From Acetobacteraceae bacterium (GTDB lineage: Bacteria > Pseudomonadota > Alphaproteobacteria > Acetobacterales > Acetobacteraceae): DNA of 64,000 nucleotides. The notes beneath the pieces were generated by a model. The model was given only the letters and a program-made list of their open reading frames with translations. It searched no databases and was not told the DNA's origin. This document shows positions 17,948-25,016 of the stretch, in pieces. A program made the position numbers and the translations under genes. Location: contig CBDAQG010000002.1 of the NCBI GenBank assembly GCA_965198995.1, forward strand, positions 1,141,232-1,205,231, written 5' to 3'. Within the stretch, counting starts at the first letter, position 1. Every line of letters starts with the position of its first letter.

Positions 17948-19654
17948 GTGCTGACGACACCTGACCAATCGGACGCCTCCGCCATGGAGCGGCTCGCCGC
18001 GCTGCTGGTGAGTGGCGGGCAGTGCGACCAGCGGACCATTGAGCGTGGCCGGCGGGTGGCCGAGGAGAGTGATCAGCGGCTGGACCTGGTGTTGCTGCAG
18101 CTCGGCCTGGTGAGCGAGCGCGGGCTGGCGGAGGCGTATGCGGGTCTGCTTGGGCTGCCGATCGCCGGCGCCGAGCGCTATGCGCTGGAGGGACCGTTGC
18201 TGCCCGAGCGGCTGGGGGCGCGGTTTCTGCGGCAGGCGCGGGCGTTGCCGGTGCGGGTGGCGGACGGGCAGATCGAGCTTGCGGTGGCCGACCCGCTCGA
18301 CGGCTTCACGCCGGCGGCGGTGCAGGCGGCGACGGGGCGGCGGGTGAGCCTGCTGGTGGCGGTGCCGATCGAGCTCGAGGCGGCCTTCGACCGGCTGTAT
18401 CCGGAGGGCGAGGCGGACCATTTGGGGCAAGCCGGCGAGCAGCCCTCGGAGGACGATGCGGAGCGGCTGAAGGACCTGGCCTCCGAGGCGCCGGTGATCC
18501 GGCTGGTGAACCAGATCATCGCGCGCGCGGTGGAGACCCAGGCGTCGGACATCCACATCGAGCCGTTCGAGGATCGGCTGCGGGTGCGCTACCGCTATGA
18601 CGGGGTGCTGAGCGAGGCGGAGGCGCCGCCGTCGCGCCTGGCCGCGGCGATCACCTCGCGGATCAAGATCATGGCGCGGCTGGACATCGCCGAGCGGCGG
18701 CTGCCGCAGGACGGGCGGATCAAGCTGGCAGTGCGCGGTTCGGAGGTGGATTTCCGGGTCTCCACCATCCCCTCGCTGTATGGCGAGACGGTGGTGCTGC
18801 GCATCCTGGACCGCACGGCGGTGACGCTCGACTACGACAAGCTGGGGCTGGCGCCGGCGGTGGTGTCGCGGCTGGATGCGACGTTCGCGCTGCCGAACGG
18901 CATCGTGCTGGTGACCGGGCCGACCGGCAGCGGCAAGACCACCACGCTCTACACCGGGCTGCTGGCGCTGAACTCGGTGACGCGCAAGGTGGTGACGATC
19001 GAGGACCCGATCGAGTACCAGCTGCGGGGGATCAACCAGATTCAGGTGAAGCCGCAGATCGGGCTCGACTTCGCCTCGCTGCTGCGCTCGATCCTGCGGC
19101 AGGATCCGGACGTGATCATGGTCGGCGAGATCCGCGACCTGGAGACGGCGCAGATCGCGGTGCAGGCGTCGCTGACCGGGCATCTGGTGCTCTCCACCCT
19201 GCATACGAACTCGGCCTCGGCGACGCTGACGCGGCTGCGCGACATGGGGCTGGAGGACTACCTGCTGGCGGCGGTGCTGCGCGGGGTGCTGGCGCAGCGG
19301 CTGGTGCGGCGGCTGTGCGCGGAGTGCCGGACGTCGTACGAGGCGCCGGACGAGCTGGTGCGGCGGTTCGAGCTGGAGCGCTACGCGGCGGGCCAGCCGG
19401 TGCGGCTATGGCATGCGGTGGGCTGTCCGAATTGCCGCGGCACCGGGTTTCGCGGCCGGCAGGCGATCGCCGAGTTCCTGACGCCGGATGCGGAGATCGA
19501 GCGGCTGATCTTTGCCCGGGCGGAGAACGCCGAGGTGGAGCGGGCGGCGATCGCCGGCGGCATGGTGACGATGTTCCAGGCGGGCTTGCAGGCGGCGCTG
19601 GCGGGGACGACCACCATCGAGGAAGTCGTGCGCTCGATCCGCGCCGAGGGCTGA
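17948..19654 (+). CDS. gspE: type II secretion ATPase GspE
   Basis: It has an N-terminal T2SSE_N/MshEN-like domain, Walker A GPTGSGKTTT, Asp and His boxes, and the tetracysteine motif CAEC...CPNCRGTG. The start is GTG 17948 (alternative ATG 17984). Confidence 0.95.
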   Translation: MLTTPDQSDASAMERLAALLVSGGQCDQRTIERGRRVAEESDQRLDLVLLQLGLVSERGLAEAYAGLLGLPIAGAERYALEGPLLPERLGARFLRQARALPVRVADGQIELAVADPLDGFTPAAVQAATGRRVSLLVAVPIELEAAFDRLYPEGEADHLGQAGEQPSEDDAERLKDLASEAPVIRLVNQIIARAVETQASDIHIEPFEDRLRVRYRYDGVLSEAEAPPSRLAAAITSRIKIMARLDIAERRLPQDGRIKLAVRGSEVDFRVSTIPSLYGETVVLRILDRTAVTLDYDKLGLAPAVVSRLDATFALPNGIVLVTGPTGSGKTTTLYTGLLALNSVTRKVVTIEDPIEYQLRGINQIQVKPQIGLDFASLLRSILRQDPDVIMVGEIRDLETAQIAVQASLTGHLVLSTLHTNSASATLTRLRDMGLEDYLLAAVLRGVLAQRLVRRLCAECRTSYEAPDELVRRFELERYAAGQPVRLWHAVGCPNCRGTGFRGRQAIAEFLTPDAEIERLIFARAENAEVERAAIAGGMVTMFQAGLQAALAGTTTIEEVVRSIRAEG

Positions 19655-20880
19655 TGGCGAGCTTCCGCTACACCGCGATCAGCGCCGGCGGCGAGCTGAC
19701 GCATGGGGTGATGGACGCGGCGAGCGAGCGCGAGGTGATCAGCCGGCTGCAGCGGCAGGGGGCGACGCCGATGCGCGCGGCGCCGGCCGAGGCGGGCGGG
19801 TCGTTCCTCTCCGGCCTGCTCACCCGCGAGCTCGGCGGCGGCGGGGCGCTGCGCCGGCAGGAGGTCACCAACCTCACCCGCGAGCTTTCGGTGATGCTGG
19901 AGGCCGGGCAGGACCTCGACCGGGCGCTGCGGTTCCTGGTCGACACCGCGGCCAATCCGCGGCTGCGTCGCGTGCTGGAGCGGCTGCGCGACACGGTGCG
20001 CGACGGCGGCAGCTTCACCAGCGCGCTGACGCAGCAGCCGCGCAGTTTTCCGCGGCTCTATGTCGGGCTGGTGCGCGCCGGCGAGGCGGGCGGGACGCTG
20101 GGGCCGACGCTGGAGCGGCTGGCGACGCTGCTGGAGCGGGAGCGCTCGCTGGTCTCCACGGTGCAGTCGGCGATGGTCTATCCGACGCTGCTGGTGGTGG
20201 CCGCGACCGGATCGATCGTGCTGCTGCTGACCGAGGTGCTGCCGCAGTTCACGCCGCTGTTCGAGCAGAGCGGGGCGCAGTTGCCGCAGGCGACGCGGGT
20301 GCTGATCGAGCTGGGCCATTTGGTTTCGGCATACGGACTCTACGCGCTGGTGGCGCTGCTGGTGGCCGGGCTGGCGGCGCGGGAGGCGCTGCGGCGGCCG
20401 GCGACGCGGCTGCGGGCGGACCGGGCGCTGCTGCGCATCCCGGTGATCGGCGGGCTGGCGCGCGAGGTGCTGGCGGCGCGGCTGACGCGCACGCTGGGGA
20501 CGCTGGTGCAGAACGGGGTGCCGCTGATCACCGCGCTGACCATCGTGCGCGATGCGATCGGCAACCTCGCCGGGGTGGCGGCGATCGACCACGCGATGGT
20601 GGCGGCCAAGGGGGGTGCGGGGCTGTCGGCGGCGCTCGGCGAGGCGGGCGTATTCCCGCTGCGCACGGTCTACCTGCTGCGGCTGGGTGAGGAGACCGCC
20701 TCGCTCGGAGCGATGGCGCTGCGGGCGGCGGAGATCCATGAGGAGAAGACGCGGCTCGGGGTGCAGCGGCTGGTGTCGCTGCTGGTGCCGGCGATCACCA
20801 TCATCATGGGCGCGGCGGTGGCCGGCATCGTCTCGTCGCTGCTGCTGGCGATGCTGAGCCTGAATGACCTGGCGCAGTAG
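19654..20880 (+). CDS. gspF: type II secretion inner-membrane platform protein GspF
   Basis: The ORF starts MASFRYTAISAGGELTHGVMDAASEREVISRLQRQGATP. It has two GspF repeats and three TM segments. Its ATG overlaps the gspE TGA (ATGA). The track ORF from 19315 overshoots. Confidence 0.93.
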   Translation: MASFRYTAISAGGELTHGVMDAASEREVISRLQRQGATPMRAAPAEAGGSFLSGLLTRELGGGGALRRQEVTNLTRELSVMLEAGQDLDRALRFLVDTAANPRLRRVLERLRDTVRDGGSFTSALTQQPRSFPRLYVGLVRAGEAGGTLGPTLERLATLLERERSLVSTVQSAMVYPTLLVVAATGSIVLLLTEVLPQFTPLFEQSGAQLPQATRVLIELGHLVSAYGLYALVALLVAGLAAREALRRPATRLRADRALLRIPVIGGLAREVLAARLTRTLGTLVQNGVPLITALTIVRDAIGNLAGVAAIDHAMVAAKGGAGLSAALGEAGVFPLRTVYLLRLGEETASLGAMALRAAEIHEEKTRLGVQRLVSLLVPAITIIMGAAVAGIVSSLLLAMLSLNDLAQ

Positions 20881-21316
20881 CGGCCCCAGGCGCGGCGCGG
20901 CCGGGTTCACGCTGATCGAGGTGATCGTGGTGCTGGTGGTGCTGGCGCTGGTGGCGACCATCTTTGTCGGCCGCGGGCCGATGCGCAGCCGCGGGGTGGA
21001 GGCGGCCGGGGCGGCGCGCGCGCTTGCCGGCGCGATGCGGCTGGCGCGCTCGCAGGCGATCGCGACCGACCGAGCGGTCAGCCTCAGCGTCGACCCGGTG
21101 CGCCACCTGTATGCCAGCGGCGGCGCGGTGCACGTGCTGCCCGAGGCGATCGGGCTGGCGGTGCAGGGGCCGGACGGCGCGCCGACGCGGCGGCTGGCGA
21201 TCCTGTTCCGCCCGGACGGCAGCAGCAGCGGCGGCTCGGTGGCGCTGGCGGACGGGGCGCGGACGCTGCATGTCAGCGTCGATTGGATATCCGGGCGGGT
21301 CGTGCTGGTGCAGTGA
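20864..21316 (+). CDS. gspH: type II secretion minor pseudopilin GspH-like
   Basis: The leader MTWRSSGPRRGAAGFTLIEVIVVLVVLALV is followed by ARALAGAMRLARSQAIA, a GspH/FimT-type fold signature. The ORF is 150 aa. Confidence 0.8.
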   Translation: MTWRSSGPRRGAAGFTLIEVIVVLVVLALVATIFVGRGPMRSRGVEAAGAARALAGAMRLARSQAIATDRAVSLSVDPVRHLYASGGAVHVLPEAIGLAVQGPDGAPTRRLAILFRPDGSSSGGSVALADGARTLHVSVDWISGRVVLVQ

Positions 21317-21891
21317 ACCCGTTCGATAATGCGACCAGGGTGGCCATCTGGCGCGCCTGTGCTGCGCTCCGATGCGCACGGCCAGACGGCCGCGCCGCGC
21401 CGAGGCTCGCACCGACACGCCGGCTGACTCACGCTGGCGCATTCGCGACCGGGTTCGACCCGGCCTCGGAGCGCGGCTTCACGCTGCTCGAGGTGATCGT
21501 CGCGCTGGTGATTGCCGGGCTTGCGCTGGCGGTGCTGTTTCAGGGCGGCATCGGCGGGCTGCGCACGGCGCGCATCGCCGGCAGCTACCAGGTCGCGCTG
21601 TCGAGGGCGCAGTCGCGGCTGACGGCGGCGGGTCTGCCGGACGCGATCAAGCCGCTCGATCAGCAGGGCGACGACGGCGCGGGCTACCACTGGCACACCA
21701 GGATCGTCGCGCTCGGCTCGGCGACCGTGCGGCCGCCGGCGGTGCTCGGCGTGACCCAGCGCAATGCCGCCGCCAGCGTCTCGCTCTACGCGCTCAGCGT
21801 CGTGGTGTCCTGGCAGGGCGACGGCGGCAGCCGCGAGGTCAGGCTGGTGACCGACCGCCTTGGCCCGGCTGCGGGCGCGCGCGGGCCGTGA
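21313..21891 (+). CDS. gspI: type II secretion minor pseudopilin GspI-like (start codon unresolved)
   Basis: The mature part reads FTLLEVIVALVIAGLALAVLFQG...YALSVVVSWQGDGGSREVRLVTDRL, which is GspI-like. The nearest in-frame canonical starts are GTG 21313 (GTGA overlap with the gspH stop) and GTG 21340. These give an unusually long leader of about 46-55 aa. Confidence 0.7.
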   Translation: MNPFDNATRVAIWRACAALRCARPDGRAAPRLAPTRRLTHAGAFATGFDPASERGFTLLEVIVALVIAGLALAVLFQGGIGGLRTARIAGSYQVALSRAQSRLTAAGLPDAIKPLDQQGDDGAGYHWHTRIVALGSATVRPPAVLGVTQRNAAASVSLYALSVVVSWQGDGGSREVRLVTDRLGPAAGARGP

Positions 21892-22469
21892 GGGCGCGGC
21901 AGGCAGGCTTCACCCTGCTCGAGATCCTGGTGGTGCTGGTGGTGCTCGGCCTGCTGATGGTGGCGTTGGCCGGCGGCATCGATTTCGGGCTGCGCAGCTG
22001 GCAGGGGCAGTCGCGCGTCATCGATCGCTCGGCCGACCTGCAGACCTGCGACGCGGCGCTGCGCCGCCTCATCGCGCAGGCGGATCCGGGGCTCGACGTG
22101 CCGCGCGCCGACCTCGCGGGCGATGCGCATCGGCTGTCGTTCACGACGCGGCTGCCGGACGGGGGCGGCGGGCAGGTCGGGGTCAACGTGGCGATCGGCG
22201 TCGATGCGACGCATCGCCTGGTGCTGACCTGGCTGGCGGCGCCCAATGCCCGCCGCCTGACGCCGCCACCGCCGGCGCGGACGGACGTGCTGCTCAACGA
22301 CGTCACGCGGCTGGACGTCAGCTATGCGGGGCCGTCGGGCTGGGTGCAGGAGTGGTCCGGCACGACGCTGCCGGCCCTGGTGCGGCTGCGGCTCGGCTTT
22401 GCCGAGGGCAGCGGGCGGAGCTGGCCGGACATCGTCGCCGCGCCGGTGCGGGAGCCGGTGCCGCAGTGA
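21888..22469 (+). CDS. gspJ: type II secretion minor pseudopilin GspJ-like
   Basis: The GTG at 21888 overlaps the gspI TGA (GTGA). The leader is MRARQAGFTLLEILVVLVVLGLLMVAL, and the ORF is 193 aa. The track ORF from 21372 overshoots. Confidence 0.78.
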   Translation: MRARQAGFTLLEILVVLVVLGLLMVALAGGIDFGLRSWQGQSRVIDRSADLQTCDAALRRLIAQADPGLDVPRADLAGDAHRLSFTTRLPDGGGGQVGVNVAIGVDATHRLVLTWLAAPNARRLTPPPPARTDVLLNDVTRLDVSYAGPSGWVQEWSGTTLPALVRLRLGFAEGSGRSWPDIVAAPVREPVPQ

Positions 22470-22470
22470 G

Positions 22471-22620
22471 GTCAGGCAAGCAGTTTTTGTGAAAAAAAGG
22501 ACCAAAGGACTTTTATTTGTTAGCGCGCATCCGGCGGATGCTTGGCTCCGCCGGCAATGTCGCCACGTCTGCAAGTGACAACAGTTTTTTGCTTCTTTTT
22601 TTCAAAAAAGAAGCGCTTGC
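22471..22620. mobile_element. AT-rich MITE-like element with terminal inverted repeats (copy 2)
   Basis: The left end is gtcaggcaagcagtttttgtgaaaaaaaggaccaaaggactttt. The right end is acagttttttgcttctttttttcaaaaaagaagcgcttgc. It is homologous to 11133-11266 at both ends with a different central segment. It lies between gspJ and gspL. Confidence 0.75.
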
Positions 22621-22696
22621 TTTCTCCCTTACGCTTCGTCGCTTGCGGATTTCCGCTCTTCACGATAACCGGAGCCGGTTGCGGATCGGGTGGTAG

Positions 22697-23749
22697 ATGA
22701 CGCGTTTGCCGGCCGCTTCGCTTCGCGACTTTCTCTCCTGGTGGGTTCAGCAGCTGGCGAGCCTGGCGCCCGCCGCGTGGCGCGCGCCGGCGGACCGCGA
22801 GCCGGACGCCATGCTGCTGCGCACCGGTCACAGCGCCGAGCTGCCGCTCGAGGTGGCGTCGCGCGAGCGGGGGCAGGTGGCGACGCTGGCGGTCGGCCTG
22901 ACCAGTGCGGCGGCCGTCGCCTCGCTGGTGGGCGCGCGCGGCCGGCCGGTTTGCCTGCGCCTGCCCGATGGCGGCGTGCTCGAGCGGGGCGCCAGCCTGC
23001 CGCTGCTGGCCGAGCGCGACGCGGCGCAGGCGCTGAGCTACGAGATCGACCGGCTGACGCCGTTCACCGCCGACGAGGTGTTCTGGAGCTGGACGGTGGC
23101 GAGCCGGGACCGTGCCCAGGGCCGGCTGCGGCTGCGGCTGGCGATGGTGCCGCGGGCCGGCTGGGCGCCGCTGATCGAGGCGCTCGGGCGGGCCGGGGTG
23201 GCGCCGGGCTGGATCGAGGGGCGGGATGGCGCGGGGATGCTGCACCGCATTCCGCTCGGCGCGCGGCGGGCGCCGGGGCCGCGGCTCACCATGGTGCTGG
23301 GCGGCGTCTGCGCCGTGCTGGCCGTGATCGCGCTGCTGCTGCCGCTGGTGCTGCAATCGGTGGCGCTTGACCGGGTGGAGGCGCGCATCGCGGCGCTGCG
23401 GCCGGCGGTCGGCCGGGTCGAGGCGGTGCGGCGGGAGATCGCCGCCGGCAGCACCGGCTCGGAGGTGATCCTGGCCGAGAGCGCGCGTCTGGGCAGCCCG
23501 CTGCAGGCGCTGGCGACGATCACCGACATCCTGCCCGACGACACCTATCTCAGCGACTTCGCCATGCACCAGCGCAAGCTGACCCTGAACGGCCAGTCGG
23601 CGGCGGCGACGCGGCTGATCGGCCTGCTGTCGAGCGACCCGTCGCTGCGCGACCCGAGCTTCGTCGCCCCGGTGACCCGCAACGAGAGCGGCGGCGCCGA
23701 CCTGTTCTCGATCCGCACCGAGCTTGCCGATACCGGGCTCGGCCTATGA
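22697..23749 (+). CDS. gspL: type II secretion protein GspL-like (with PilN-like periplasmic part)
   Basis: The 350-aa ORF has a single central TM (LTMVLGGVCAVLAVIALLLPLVL). The cytoplasmic part contains LSYEIDRLTPF. The periplasmic part is TYLSDFAMHQRKLTLNGQSAAATRLIGLL (PilN/GspL ferredoxin-like). It sits before gspM. Confidence 0.75.
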   Translation: MTRLPAASLRDFLSWWVQQLASLAPAAWRAPADREPDAMLLRTGHSAELPLEVASRERGQVATLAVGLTSAAAVASLVGARGRPVCLRLPDGGVLERGASLPLLAERDAAQALSYEIDRLTPFTADEVFWSWTVASRDRAQGRLRLRLAMVPRAGWAPLIEALGRAGVAPGWIEGRDGAGMLHRIPLGARRAPGPRLTMVLGGVCAVLAVIALLLPLVLQSVALDRVEARIAALRPAVGRVEAVRREIAAGSTGSEVILAESARLGSPLQALATITDILPDDTYLSDFAMHQRKLTLNGQSAAATRLIGLLSSDPSLRDPSFVAPVTRNESGGADLFSIRTELADTGLGL

Positions 23750-24381
23750 GCGGCGCCCGAGCCGTCCCGGGGGGGGCTCTGCCGAGCGGGCGTCTGCCGG
23801 GTGGGCGTCTGCCGGGTGGGCGCAATGGCCAGTTGCTGGCGCTCGGCCTGCTGGCGCTGCTGCTGGGGGTGCTCGCCGTCGGCGTCGTCGGGCCGCTGCT
23901 CGACTGGTATGGCGAGCGCGCCGAGACGCTGCGGCGCGAGGTCGCGATCGCGGCGCGCATGCAGGTCATCGCCGGCTCGCTGCCGGCGGTGCAGCGCGAG
24001 GCGCAAGCGGCGGCGGCGAACGGGCCGCCGCCGAAGAGCGTCTATGACGGCGCCTCGGACGCGGTCGACGGGGCGGCGTTGCAGGGCCAGATCGACGCCA
24101 TGGCGCGCGCCGACGGGGCTGGGCTGTCGAGCTCGGAGGCGCTGCCGGCCGAGCGGGCGGGGGACTATCGGCGCATCGGCGTGCATTTGTCGCTGAGCGC
24201 GCCGCTGCCGGTGCTGGTGGCGCTGCTGCGCTCGATCGCCACCGCGACGCCGCGCATGCTGGCCGACGACTTGCAGCTGCAGGGTTCGCCGCTGCTGGCG
24301 CGCGCGACGTCGCTGCCGCTCGACGCCTCGTTCACCGTGTTCGCGTTCCGCACCGGCCATGCCGACGCCAAGGCGCCATGA
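23746..24381 (+). CDS. gspM: type II secretion protein GspM-like
   Basis: It shares an ATGA overlap with gspL. An N-terminal TM (LLALGLLALLLGVLAVGVVGPLL) is followed by a periplasmic domain of about 150 aa (RRIGVHLSLSAPLPVLVALLRSI). Confidence 0.7.
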   Translation: MSGARAVPGGALPSGRLPGGRLPGGRNGQLLALGLLALLLGVLAVGVVGPLLDWYGERAETLRREVAIAARMQVIAGSLPAVQREAQAAAANGPPPKSVYDGASDAVDGAALQGQIDAMARADGAGLSSSEALPAERAGDYRRIGVHLSLSAPLPVLVALLRSIATATPRMLADDLQLQGSPLLARATSLPLDASFTVFAFRTGHADAKAP

Positions 24382-25016
24382 GGCGGCTGCTGCCCTGGCT
24401 GCTCTCGGGTTGCGCGGCGCTGCTGCTGCTGGTGATCGGCGCCGAGCTGGTGCCGGCCTCGCCCGAGCCGCTGGTGCCTGGCCTGATCCATGCCGCCCGC
24501 CCGCACGCGCCGCGCGCGGCCGCCGCACCGGACCGGAGCGAGCAATGGGCGGCGACGGTGCTGGCGCGGCCGCTGTTCAGCCCGCAGCGCCGGCCGCCGC
24601 CGCCGGCGGGCGTGGTGGCGCAGGCCGCGACCGCGCTGCCGCGCCTGACCGGCATCCTGGTTGGTCCGGACGGCGCGCGGGCGATCTTCGCGCCTGACGG
24701 CGGCAAGCCGATCGTGCTCGGCCCCGGCGGCAGGCTGGATGGCGGCGTCATCCGCGCGATCGGCGTCGGCGGCGTCGTGCTGGCGCGCGCCGGCGGCGAG
24801 CAGGTGCTGCATCCGCGCTTTGACGCCGCGGTGGCGGCGGCGTCGGAGGCGCCCGCGGCGCCGAACTTCCTGCAGCAGGTGCTGCGCGGCACGCCGCAGG
24901 GCATCGTCGACCCGAACCTGCCGCCGAGCGATCCCAACGACCTGCCCGGGATCACGCCGTTCGCGCGGCCGAACCTGCCGCTGCAGTTTCAACCTCCCTT
25001 GGGGCGCCCGCCATGA
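24378..25016 (+). CDS. gspC: GspC/PilP-like secretin-interacting protein (HR-type domain, no PDZ)
   Basis: It has an N-terminal TM, then LPRLTGILVGPDGARAIFAPDGGKPIVLGPGGRLDGGVIRAIGVGGVVLARAGGEQVL (the beta-sandwich pattern of the GspC HR / PilP domain), then a Pro-rich tail. It lies directly upstream of the secretin and overlaps it. It could equally be annotated GspN-like. Confidence 0.55.
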   Translation: MRRLLPWLLSGCAALLLLVIGAELVPASPEPLVPGLIHAARPHAPRAAAAPDRSEQWAATVLARPLFSPQRRPPPPAGVVAQAATALPRLTGILVGPDGARAIFAPDGGKPIVLGPGGRLDGGVIRAIGVGGVVLARAGGEQVLHPRFDAAVAAASEAPAAPNFLQQVLRGTPQGIVDPNLPPSDPNDLPGITPFARPNLPLQFQPPLGRPP

